From positions 1 to 23,397 of the forward strand of contig JANRLW010000050.1 of NCBI GenBank assembly GCA_033762295.1: a stretch of DNA of 23,397 bases, written 5' to 3'. Positions within the stretch are counted from its first letter, which is position 1. Each line of letters starts with the position of its first letter. Positions 7,365 to 15,839 of this stretch are shown in pieces. The notes beneath the pieces are model-generated. The model ran no database searches. It was not told the DNA's origin and was given only the letters and a program-made list of their open reading frames with translations. Origin of the DNA: Capsulimonadales bacterium. GTDB lineage: Bacteria; Armatimonadota; Armatimonadia; Armatimonadales; Armatimonadaceae. Made by a program: the position numbers and the translations under genes.

Positions 7365-9368
7365 ATGGGACGAAAAACGGGCAATCGAACACCGATCGTG
7401 CTTTTGGTGACGGCGGTTGTGCTGGTGGGGACGATCGCGGGAGTCGCTTTGTGGCGTTCCCGGACCATCGCCCGGCAGTCGGAAAACCGGCGCGTTCGCA
7501 CCGAACGGCTGATTCGGGAGGGCAAGGCGCCCGAAGCGCTGGAAGTCATCGCCATCGAGGAGCGGGTAACCGGGCCGCAGGACGGAAACGATCCGCAGAC
7601 GGTCGTCTGGCGGCGGCTCAAGCGGCAAGCCCTGACGAAAATCGGCAACGCGGCCGGACTCGAGGAGCTGTTTGACAAGTATCCGGCGGAGGTGGAAAAC
7701 GACGAACCGGCCTCTCTCCTTCTTTACCGCGCGAAGTCGGTCGCTCGCCGGAAGGAGGATCGCAAGATCGCCGTCCGACTGGCGAAGCGATGGGAGCCAT
7801 CCACCGACCATCCCGAGTGGTGGCTCAGCGCACGCGCCGACTCCTTGCTGGCGTGTGGCGAGCGTGCTGCCGCCGAAAAACTGCTTCGTTCTCGTTCCTT
7901 TCCCGGTGTCGCTGACACGAACCGTCTCCTGCGGCTGGCGATGCTGTTCGCGCCACGGGACCCGCAGCGCGCGTGGAGCCACGTACAACGGGCCTACTCC
8001 CTTGCTCCACGGAATCCCGAGGTCCGCAGCTTCCGTGCTCGTCTGCTGGAAACGGCCGGTCAGGTTCCGCAGGCCCGGGTCGAGTATGCGGCGGCCTGGC
8101 TGGCCGCCCCGCAGAACGCGATGTGGTGCGATCAACTGGCCGAGTTCTATCGCCGCCATGGTGATCTCAACGCGGCGGTCCGCACCTGGACCGACGGACT
8201 GAGCAGCGGCGCGGATGCGGATTTCCTCCGGGTCAAAGCGCTCTTCTGGAGCCGGGTCGCCGAACCGATCGCCTTTCCGGCGATGACCGGTGACCGGATG
8301 ACCCGGATTCCGCCCGGACCGCTTCAGCCGTTCGCACGGTACCTGCAAAACGTCCCGACCGATGCCTTCTGGGACCCCGATCGGTTCGATGAACTCACGT
8401 CGGCGCGACGCCTGGAACGGGACCGCCAGGAAGCGTTCTGGCTGACGGTGCTTCACGCGTTGAGTGAGGGCAAAGAGAAACGCGCCCACTCGCTGATTGC
8501 GCACAACCCCTTTCGCGACGAAACCTGGAACCCGTTCCTGGAACGCGCCCTCGACCTGATTCTCACCTACCGGTTGACCGGAAAGCTGGAATCGAACGCC
8601 GGGACAGCGCCACGGGGGAACGCCGCCGAACAACATACCTTTCTCGGCGAACTGGAACGGTATGCAAGCGGGGCGGAAGTCCCTGAAACGGTCGCCGTTT
8701 TCCTGAGGAGCGACCATGCGATCCCCGGAGCGCTCCTGGCTTCCGGCTGGACCGAGGCCGCTATCCGGTGTCACCGCGCCACGAACGCCACCGGCCTGCC
8801 GGGCTGGTATGTCTACGGAATGACACAGGCGTTACGGCATAATCGCGGGAGCGCCGAGGCGCTTTCCTTCGCCATGACGCGACGCGGCCCGGACCCGGCC
8901 CTGGAAATTCTGGTCGCCGAACTACGGCTGGCCCTCGGCGAGTCGGAAAGCGCCATGGCGCTGCTGGCACGACATGCCGCCATGCCGGGGGACGTCGGAT
9001 ACCGTGCTGCCTGGATGCTCGCCAGCGAGTATCTGGACCGGAACCAACCGGAGGAAGCGGTGCGCATCACCGACGCCCAGCCGGAACTGGCGAAGAGTGA
9101 CACGGGCGTCGCTCTCAAGGCGCGTGCCGCGCTGGCACGCGGACAACTGGAAAACGCCCGGTCGCTTTACCGGTCCATTCTTGAAAAATCCGGCGAGGCC
9201 AAGATGTTCGTGGCAAAAATGGCGTATGACCGGGGAGATTACGCCGAGGCCGAACGTCTCACCGAGGAACTGTTGCGTCTGTACCCGGACACGCTCGCGT
9301 TTCGGGCCAATCTGCGGCGGATTCGAGAACGGGCGCAGGAAGCCACGCGCCGGGGAGGGCAGGGATGA
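7365..9368 (+). CDS. Membrane-anchored tetratricopeptide-repeat (TPR)-like protein
   Basis: Single N-terminal TM; Ala/Leu-rich helical repeats such as 'RAYSLAPRNPEV', 'AWLAAPQN', 'LARGQLENARSLY' and 'YDRGDYAEAERLTEELLRLYPD'; SD GGGAG upstream. Confidence 0.75.
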   Translation: MGRKTGNRTPIVLLVTAVVLVGTIAGVALWRSRTIARQSENRRVRTERLIREGKAPEALEVIAIEERVTGPQDGNDPQTVVWRRLKRQALTKIGNAAGLEELFDKYPAEVENDEPASLLLYRAKSVARRKEDRKIAVRLAKRWEPSTDHPEWWLSARADSLLACGERAAAEKLLRSRSFPGVADTNRLLRLAMLFAPRDPQRAWSHVQRAYSLAPRNPEVRSFRARLLETAGQVPQARVEYAAAWLAAPQNAMWCDQLAEFYRRHGDLNAAVRTWTDGLSSGADADFLRVKALFWSRVAEPIAFPAMTGDRMTRIPPGPLQPFARYLQNVPTDAFWDPDRFDELTSARRLERDRQEAFWLTVLHALSEGKEKRAHSLIAHNPFRDETWNPFLERALDLILTYRLTGKLESNAGTAPRGNAAEQHTFLGELERYASGAEVPETVAVFLRSDHAIPGALLASGWTEAAIRCHRATNATGLPGWYVYGMTQALRHNRGSAEALSFAMTRRGPDPALEILVAELRLALGESESAMALLARHAAMPGDVGYRAAWMLASEYLDRNQPEEAVRITDAQPELAKSDTGVALKARAALARGQLENARSLYRSILEKSGEAKMFVAKMAYDRGDYAEAERLTEELLRLYPDTLAFRANLRRIRERAQEATRRGGQG

Positions 9369-10207
9369 CCCCGACCGTTCAACGCCCTTCCGCCATTGGC
9401 CTGATCGGTCTCGTCGTGATGGCCGTTTACCTCTGGTGGCGTGACCTTGCCTGGATGGCGCACATGGCGGACGCTCTGCCGATCCTCGCGGGATTTCCAC
9501 TCTTTTTCTTTCTCCGCGGGCCGGCGAAACCGTCGGTCGAAAGTCGCGTCGCTTCGGCAGAAGGACGTGAATTTCTCACCTCGCCCGCCATTGGCCTGCT
9601 TTCGCTCGGAATCGGACTCGTTCTCGGGGCGAATTTCCCGCTGGCGCTGGGATGGACCCTGCTCTTTTTCGCCTGGCTCGCCCCGAGCCTGGATGCGGAT
9701 TCGAGGCGACGTACCGCCCGGCTCCTGCCTCTGTTGCTGCTCTCCTTCCCCTGGCTGCTTCAGGATGGCGAACGGATCGGCTGGTGGTTCCGATTATCCG
9801 GAGCCTGGGCGACCGAGCATCTTTTTTCCTTGCTCGGATTTGCCGTCGAACGGCAGGGGACGCTCGTCCTGATTCAGGGGATCGGAATCGGAGTCGATGC
9901 GCCGTGCGCCGGTTTGAACGTTCTCCAGTCGCTGCTGCTGGCCGGGACGGCGCTGGCGTTCGTCTCGCCGGGCGGTAAGCGGTGGCGAACCGTTCCGCTG
10001 ATGGTCGTCCTCGTCGGAATGGCCTGGCTGGCGAACGTGCTACGCCTGCTGTTGCTCTGCTTTGCCGCCCTGACCTACGGTATCGAGTTCGCGCGTGGCG
10101 CGTTCCACACGTGGGGAGGGTTGTTCGCTCTGATGCTCATGTTCGGACTGTGCGCCGCGCTTTTCTCCCGGGAGGGGCCGCGCCGACGCGAAAGTGAGGC
10201 CCGGTAA
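9365..10207 (+). CDS. Exosortase/archaeosortase-family transpeptidase (EpsH-like)
   Basis: Multi-TM protein with the catalytic triad in canonical contexts: 'VDAPCAGL' (Cys, 9905), 'ANVLR' (Arg, 10043) and 'FHTWGG' (His, 10106); two genes downstream of a PEP-CTERM protein. Confidence 0.92.
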   Translation: MTPTVQRPSAIGLIGLVVMAVYLWWRDLAWMAHMADALPILAGFPLFFFLRGPAKPSVESRVASAEGREFLTSPAIGLLSLGIGLVLGANFPLALGWTLLFFAWLAPSLDADSRRRTARLLPLLLLSFPWLLQDGERIGWWFRLSGAWATEHLFSLLGFAVERQGTLVLIQGIGIGVDAPCAGLNVLQSLLLAGTALAFVSPGGKRWRTVPLMVVLVGMAWLANVLRLLLLCFAALTYGIEFARGAFHTWGGLFALMLMFGLCAALFSREGPRRRESEAR

Positions 10208-10692
10208 TGGGGTTTCCTCCGGCATTACGGCTGGTTCTCCTGGCGTTCGCCGTTTATCAGTCGCGCGACCTGGCCCTCGCCTGGCGGGACGCCCCTTACG
10301 AGCGGTTTTCCCTGATCGCGTTCCTCCTCTGGGTGGTCCCTGTCATCGTGGCCCGGTGGCGAAAGGAACGGAGCGAGGCATCGGACTCCGTTGTCGATGG
10401 AATTGCCGTGGTCTGCCTGGTGGCGAAATCGGTCACCGGACTGAATCTACTCGCCTATATCGGCCTGGCGTTGATGCTTTCCCGGTTCGGAAGGCCGACC
10501 GGACGGGGAGCGTTGTTCGTATGGAGCCTTGGCGCGTTCCTCTGGATGCCGGTCACCGGATGGGGACTGTCGACCGTCGACCCGGCGCTTCTGGGTTGGA
10601 TGCGGGTGACACTGGTCGCTCTGATATCGCTCGGCTCCTGCACGGCGTTACGATCGGAATCCATGCCGCTGGCGGAAGGGAGGTCGGCCTGA
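10207..10692 (+). CDS. Small multi-pass membrane protein resembling the non-catalytic N-terminal half of an exosortase
   Basis: About 5-6 hydrophobic segments; start overlaps the exosortase stop (TAATG) and stop overlaps the EpsI start (TGATG); segment-wise resemblance to the neighbouring exosortase N-half. Confidence 0.7.
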   Translation: MGFPPALRLVLLAFAVYQSRDLALAWRDAPYERFSLIAFLLWVVPVIVARWRKERSEASDSVVDGIAVVCLVAKSVTGLNLLAYIGLALMLSRFGRPTGRGALFVWSLGAFLWMPVTGWGLSTVDPALLGWMRVTLVALISLGSCTALRSESMPLAEGRSA

Positions 10693-11303
10693 TGTGGTCG
10701 TTTTCGAAACCGGCGGTGACCTGGACGATGGTTCTGGTCGGGATTTTCGCCGCCATTCTCTGGGATGTCCTTCCCTCCGGAAACGGACCGTCGCGTTTCC
10801 GTGACCTGCCCCTTCACGGAACGAGATTCCGGATGCGAAACGTTCCGCTGACCGAGACCGAGAAGGCGACGTTCGGCGGCGCGGAAGTGGTCAAACGGCT
10901 GATTCGATGCGAAGGACAGCCGGCGATCCTGTTGACGGTGGTGGATGGGGGAAAAAACAATCATGCCATCCATGATCCGACCTACTGTCTGCGTGGGGCG
11001 GGCTGGACGATTGTCGCCGAAAATCCGCTCCCGATACCCGGCGGAACGGCACGGTGGGTCCGGTTGAAGCAGCGTCTCGCGGGTGCGGATCGCGAAATCG
11101 AGGCCGTCTACTGGTTTTCGAACGGCAGACAATGCTACGACTCTTCGCTTCGTTCCTGGGCGGATGGCGTTCTGGCACGGGTGTCCCGGCACCGGGTCGG
11201 TCCCTCCCCGGCGTTGGTATTGATGCATTCTCTCGGCCAGGAAGAGCAATATCCGGACTGGGAGGCGATATTGCGTAGCCTGCCGGCTTTGTCCCGACGA
11301 TGA
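10692..11303 (+). CDS. epsI: Exosortase-associated EpsI-family periplasmic protein
   Basis: True start is probably ATG 10692 (SD GGGAGG, TGATG overlap), inside the track ORF 10194..11303. N-terminal TM, signature 'IHDPTYCLRGAGW' (H.P..C..G.GW) and 'VYWF'. Confidence 0.85.
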   Translation: MWSFSKPAVTWTMVLVGIFAAILWDVLPSGNGPSRFRDLPLHGTRFRMRNVPLTETEKATFGGAEVVKRLIRCEGQPAILLTVVDGGKNNHAIHDPTYCLRGAGWTIVAENPLPIPGGTARWVRLKQRLAGADREIEAVYWFSNGRQCYDSSLRSWADGVLARVSRHRVGPSPALVLMHSLGQEEQYPDWEAILRSLPALSRR

Positions 11304-11331
11304 TCGTCGATAAACAAATCCCGGACGAAGG

Positions 11332-11359
11332 TGAAAAAAACCGGTTGAACTGCCGAAAA
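11332..11359 (+). promoter_or_regulatory. Second candidate sigma-28-type promoter, internal, ahead of the STAS/glycan genes
   Basis: TGAA(11332-11335)-N16-GCCGAAAA(11352-11359) in a 91-bp A-rich gap; same spacing as the motif at 6276-6303. Confidence 0.4.
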
Positions 11360-11394
11360 TTACGGGGAAAAGACACCTTCGGAAAGCGGAACGA

Positions 11395-11745
11395 ATGGAA
11401 CTCAGGCACGAAAATAGAGTGGGGCAGGCAGGGGAGGTCACCGTCGTCACGGTTCATGGCGAACGACTGGACCTGGTAACGGTCAATAAGTTCAAAAAGC
11501 AGTGGGAGCCTTTGATCGCTCGCTGTGATCGGCTGGTTTTGGATCTGGCCGAGGTGCAGATGGTCGATTCGAGCGGTTTCGGGGCGATTCTCGGGGGGCT
11601 GCGGCAGCTTTCGGATCGCGGCGGGGATATCAAACTCTGCAACGTTCAAAAGCGGGTTCGAATCCTGCTCGAAATGGTCCGGATGCATAAAATTATCGGA
11701 ATTCATAACAATGTCGAGGAGGCGATCGCCGCCTTCGGCGCGTGA
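11395..11745 (+). CDS. STAS-domain anti-sigma factor antagonist (SpoIIAA/RsbV-like)
   Basis: 116 aa; 'GERLD', 'LVLDLAEVQMVDSSGFGAIL' with the conserved phospho-acceptor Ser, 'GGDIKLCN' and 'VEEAI'. Confidence 0.92.
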   Translation: MELRHENRVGQAGEVTVVTVHGERLDLVTVNKFKKQWEPLIARCDRLVLDLAEVQMVDSSGFGAILGGLRQLSDRGGDIKLCNVQKRVRILLEMVRMHKIIGIHNNVEEAIAAFGA

Positions 11746-11762
11746 TCGACCGGAGTTCAGGC

Positions 11763-12941
11763 ATGTCGTCCCGTGAATTGGCGCTGTGCGTCTTTATTGA
11801 TGCGTTCGGTTGGCGGATCGCGGAGCGACATCCGCAGTTTCTGGACGGCATCCTGAAAGTCCGCCGCCCTCTGGGGACGATCTTCGGCTACTCATGTACC
11901 TGTGACCCGACGATTCTGACCGGGAAACTCCCCCGTGAACACGGCCATTTCTCCTTCTTCCGATATGCGCCCGCCGAGTCCCCCTTCCGTCGGCCGGAAG
12001 TTCGCCTCCTGGGCCTTCTGCCGAAGTCGATCACGCGTCGGGGACGCGTCCGGAACGCCCTGAGCCGATGGCTGGGCAGCCGACTTCGATACACCGGGTA
12101 TTTCCAAATTTACAACGTTCCCTTCGAACGGTTGCCGCTTTTCGACTATACGGAAAAGCGCGACCTGTACCTGCACGACGGAATCAACGGTGGATGTCCG
12201 ACCATTTTCGACGACCTGCGAGCCGCCCGTGTACCGTTCTACTGTTCGGATTGGCGACGACCGGAACCGGAGAACCTGCGCACCCTGGAGGCGGCGATTA
12301 CCGGTTCCGATCCGCCACGGTTCGCCTACCTGTACCTGGCGGCGATGGATGCCGTGCTCCATGCCGAAGGGACGGACAGCCGGAAGGTCACGGAAAAAAT
12401 CGCGGGATATGATCGCGCCTTGCGCCGGGTACTGGAAATAGCCTCCGAACGGTACGATCAGGTCCGCCTGTTCGTCTTTTCCGATCACGGAATGACGAAT
12501 GTCGTCGAAACCTGCGATCTCATGGCGCGAATAGACAGGACGGGACTTCGGTTCGGTGAGGATTATGCCGCGGTCTACGATTCCACCATGGCGCGGTTCT
12601 GGTTCCTGCGACCGAACGCCCGGGAACGCATCACCGCGACTCTGTGCGAGGAGAGAAAGGGCACGATCCTTTCCGGGACGACCCTGCATTCCTGGGGCTG
12701 TGACTTCCCGGACCACCGCTACGGGGAACTCTTCTTCCTGATGAAGCCCGGTGTCCTGCTCTGTCCCTCGTTCATGGGCGAAACCCGACTTGCGGGGATG
12801 CATGGCTTCGATCCCACCGATCCGGATTCCCTGGCCTTTTTCGGGGCTGATACGACCCTGCCCGAAGGGGACGCGCCGGCGCGACTCGATGATCTCCATA
12901 GTTTGATGCGGAAAGAGGCGGGCCTTGCCGGATGTGCGTGA
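11763..12941 (+). CDS. Alkaline phosphatase superfamily (nucleotide pyrophosphatase/phosphodiesterase-like) protein, no signal peptide
   Basis: Metal-ligand motifs 'FIDAFG', 'DAVLH', 'FSDHGM' and 'GMHGF'; nucleophile region 'GYSCTCDPTILTG..P.EHG'. ATG 11763 has a GGAG SD; the alternative start is GTG 11742, overlapping the STAS stop. Confidence 0.85.
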   Translation: MSSRELALCVFIDAFGWRIAERHPQFLDGILKVRRPLGTIFGYSCTCDPTILTGKLPREHGHFSFFRYAPAESPFRRPEVRLLGLLPKSITRRGRVRNALSRWLGSRLRYTGYFQIYNVPFERLPLFDYTEKRDLYLHDGINGGCPTIFDDLRAARVPFYCSDWRRPEPENLRTLEAAITGSDPPRFAYLYLAAMDAVLHAEGTDSRKVTEKIAGYDRALRRVLEIASERYDQVRLFVFSDHGMTNVVETCDLMARIDRTGLRFGEDYAAVYDSTMARFWFLRPNARERITATLCEERKGTILSGTTLHSWGCDFPDHRYGELFFLMKPGVLLCPSFMGETRLAGMHGFDPTDPDSLAFFGADTTLPEGDAPARLDDLHSLMRKEAGLAGCA

Positions 12942-12968
12942 CAGGGACGGCGCGGGGAGCGAACGGCG

Positions 12969-14288
12969 ATGAAGTATGCGGTTTTCTTCGCCGCGCTGCT
13001 GTTCGGCGTGCCGATCATGGCCTGGGGAGCGAAGACGTCCGAACGGATTCGCGGCTGGCTCGTCACGATGATGATCGCCATCATCGGCTTCGGGAAAGTC
13101 GGCTCGATCAACTTCGTTTCGATGGAAAACTATCGCGGGCCGGATCGCGGGTTCGAAGTCACCCTGACCGATCTGATCTGCCTGGCACTCATCTGGATGA
13201 TGGTCTCACAGTATCGCGACCGGATCGTCTGGGTTCCGTTTAACAGTCTGTGGCTGCTCGCCCTCTGGCTGTTCGCCTGCATTTCGGTCACCCAGGCGAT
13301 GGACCCGCTGGTGGCGCTGTTCTCGGTCTGGAAATGGGCGCGCGCTTACATGGTTTACTGGACGGTTGTCAACGTGTTTCGGACGCCCTTTCCACGGATC
13401 GCCGTCTGGCGAGCCTTCGTCATCATGGGCATCTACATTACCTTGATCGCTTTAAAGCAAAAATATGTAGACCATATCTATCGAATTCCGGGGCCGTTCG
13501 ACCACTCGAATACGGTGCCGCTCTTCCTCAACCAGTTTCTGCCGGTGATGGCAATCTGGGGTCTGACCGATAAGAAACTGTCCAACGGACAGGCGGCGAT
13601 GACGCTGATTGCCGCCCTCGGACTCTGTGTCGCGTCCCAGTCGACGTTTTCACGGCTCGGTTCCAGCCTGTCGCTCCTCGGGTTTCTCTCCGCCCTCGTC
13701 GTCGCCAACTTCCGCGAACGGACGCCCCGGGTTCGGGTGACGACGGTACTGGCGGTGATTGCCGTCGTCGTCGGCGCGATGCTGGCGTTGCCGAGTATCA
13801 TCGCGCGGATCAACAGCGCCCCGGAGGAGAGCGAGGAAGCACGTAAGGAGTTCAACCAGGCGGCGAAACTGATGTCGCAGGACTACCTTTTCGGGGTCGG
13901 GGTCAATAACTTCCCGCGTGTCCTGACCAAGGTGGGACGCTATAACCAGTTCGTGTCCGTCATGGAGGACGAGGAAGAGGCGGGCGTCTGCCACCACATC
14001 TACTACCTGACCGCCGCCGAACTCGGTCGAGGGGGACTGGTCGTCTTCGCCATCATTCTGATCCGGTTTCTCTGGCGAAACGCGTGGGGAATTCTGAAGG
14101 GAGGAAAGGACCTGAAAACGACCCTTCTCTACGGGTTTCTGGTCGGCGCCTGCGCCCTGCATACCAGCGGGTTCGCCGAGTGGGTCTTCCGAATCACGCC
14201 GGTCACCTATATGTTCGCCATCTGCGCCGGGATGATGGTCGCCTTCTCGGAACCGCCGAAAAAGGAAAGAAAGGCGGTGGCCGCATGA
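12969..14288 (+). CDS. O-antigen ligase/Wzy polymerase-like membrane protein
   Basis: Many TMs; 'GPFDHSN', 'TFSRLG', and a periplasmic loop with 'FGVGVNNF' and 'HHIYYLTAAELG..GL' (Wzy_C-like). Confidence 0.85.
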   Translation: MKYAVFFAALLFGVPIMAWGAKTSERIRGWLVTMMIAIIGFGKVGSINFVSMENYRGPDRGFEVTLTDLICLALIWMMVSQYRDRIVWVPFNSLWLLALWLFACISVTQAMDPLVALFSVWKWARAYMVYWTVVNVFRTPFPRIAVWRAFVIMGIYITLIALKQKYVDHIYRIPGPFDHSNTVPLFLNQFLPVMAIWGLTDKKLSNGQAAMTLIAALGLCVASQSTFSRLGSSLSLLGFLSALVVANFRERTPRVRVTTVLAVIAVVVGAMLALPSIIARINSAPEESEEARKEFNQAAKLMSQDYLFGVGVNNFPRVLTKVGRYNQFVSVMEDEEEAGVCHHIYYLTAAELGRGGLVVFAIILIRFLWRNAWGILKGGKDLKTTLLYGFLVGACALHTSGFAEWVFRITPVTYMFAICAGMMVAFSEPPKKERKAVAA

Positions 14289-15829
14289 ACCCGGTCGGAA
14301 ATCCGCCTCAGCGGGGTGGAGCGTGGAACGGAATCGCCAACTATGCCCGTTTCCTCCTGACGATGGTCGTTCAGTTCGCCCTGACGCCGTTCATCATCGA
14401 ACGGATCGGACAGGCGGATTTCGGTCTCTGGACCCTGACATTTTCGGTGGTGGGGTTTCTGGGATTGCTGGACGGCGGTCTGACGACCGGGAGTGTCAAG
14501 TTCGTGGCCGAGTGTCGCGGTTCGGGCGACGTTGCGCGACGAAACCGGATTATCAGCGCCCTGGCGGCGGCCTACCTGGTTATGGCGGCGGTCGCCGTGG
14601 CGGTCGTTTTCGGATTGTCGTTCGTCTACGGTCGTCTGTTCGGCATTCCTGCCGAACAGACGGCAAAGGCCGTCGCGGTCCTCTGGCTGATCGCGACCCG
14701 TTCGGTCATCCTCGCCCTCCCGCTCGGGCTGTTTTACGGAATCCTTTTCGGCGAACGGCGGCTATCGGTTGTCTATGTGGTCCAGTCGTTGTCGGCGGTT
14801 CTGTACGGGATCGCCGTCGGGATCGGGCTGAAGGCGGAGGGTTCGGTGGTGCTTCTCGCCTGGCTGAACCTGGGGGCGATGCTGTTCGAATACGGAGCCT
14901 ACGTGTTGCTGGCCTTTCGTCTGGTGCCCGACCTGAGGATCGCGCCGCACCGGGCCGATGCCGCTACGCTGAAGGAGGTGGCCGCGTTCAGCGGGTCGCA
15001 GTTACTGGTGAACGTCGCGGCGCTGGTCCGACTGCGGACCGACCCGATCCTGGTTCAGGTGCTGCTATCGACGTCGTCGGTCGCCCTCTACGGAATCGCC
15101 CTGCGGATTTCGGAGAGTGTTTTCCTGCTGTTAAAGCAGGGCATCAACGTCCTGGCGCCGACCTTCGCGGAGCGTCACGGAGCCAGTGATACGGAAAACG
15201 TCCGCGCGGTCTTCCTCCGTTCCTCGCGCAGTGTGCTGGCGTTCGCGGTGGTCCTCTGCGTTCCGCTCTGCCTGATGGCACGGGAGATCGTCTCCCTCTG
15301 GGTCGGGCCGACCTTTGCCCCGGCTTCCCCGGTGCTGATCGTCCTGCTCGCGGCGATGGCGCTGGCGGTTCCGGCGCAGGTGGCCGGACTCGTCCTGGCG
15401 ATGACCGGGCAGCATGCGTTTTCGGCCCGAGCGCAGGTGGTCGGGATGGTTTTGAATCTGGGAGCGAGTATCGTTCTGGCTCCGCTGGTCGGACTGACCG
15501 GCGTGGCGCTCGGGACGCTGACCGCGACGGTGGCGGTCGACCTTGGCTGGGTGCTGCCTGTCGCGTTACGTGCCCAGGGGCTATCGTTGGGGCGGTATGC
15601 CGCCCGCGTTGTGACGCCGTCCCTCGTGGCCGGCGCGGTTCAGGCGGCGATCACGGTCGGTTTGCGCACCGCCTATCCTCCGGAGTCGCTCCCGATGATC
15701 GCGGTTCTCGCCGTTCCGGGGGCGATGGCGTTTGGCGTGACCTTTATCGCCCTGCTCCCGTCGGACGAGCGGACGGGCTTGACGCACGGTATGGCACGGC
15801 GTTTGCGGAAACCTTCATCGACGGATTGA
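14285..15829 (+). CDS. wzx: Wzx-type polysaccharide/oligosaccharide flippase (MOP superfamily)
   Basis: Start probably ATG 14285 (ATGA overlap) rather than 14084; 'TPFIIERIGQADFGLW', 'LLDGGL', 'RTDPILV', 'VALYGIA' and 'GLTGVALGT'; about 12-14 TMs. Confidence 0.88.
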   Translation: MNPVGNPPQRGGAWNGIANYARFLLTMVVQFALTPFIIERIGQADFGLWTLTFSVVGFLGLLDGGLTTGSVKFVAECRGSGDVARRNRIISALAAAYLVMAAVAVAVVFGLSFVYGRLFGIPAEQTAKAVAVLWLIATRSVILALPLGLFYGILFGERRLSVVYVVQSLSAVLYGIAVGIGLKAEGSVVLLAWLNLGAMLFEYGAYVLLAFRLVPDLRIAPHRADAATLKEVAAFSGSQLLVNVAALVRLRTDPILVQVLLSTSSVALYGIALRISESVFLLLKQGINVLAPTFAERHGASDTENVRAVFLRSSRSVLAFAVVLCVPLCLMAREIVSLWVGPTFAPASPVLIVLLAAMALAVPAQVAGLVLAMTGQHAFSARAQVVGMVLNLGASIVLAPLVGLTGVALGTLTATVAVDLGWVLPVALRAQGLSLGRYAARVVTPSLVAGAVQAAITVGLRTAYPPESLPMIAVLAVPGAMAFGVTFIALLPSDERTGLTHGMARRLRKPSSTD

Positions 15830-15839
15830 GAGAGTTTTT

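Noticed and set aside
6648..8774. 708-aa minus-strand ORF
   Set aside because: Overlaps the PEP-CTERM and TPR genes in antisense; no domain signal.
10194..10691. 5' extension of the track's 369-aa EpsI ORF
   Set aside because: Overlaps the 161-aa membrane gene in another frame and reads as non-protein-like; ATG 10692 has an SD and a TGATG overlap. Readthrough or frameshift fusion is not supported by any slippery site I could see.
14084..14284. 5' extensions of the flippase (from 14084) and the NTase-like ORF (20324-20575)
   Set aside because: They overlap upstream genes by 200-250 nt; ATGA-coupled starts at 14285 and 20576 are much more plausible.
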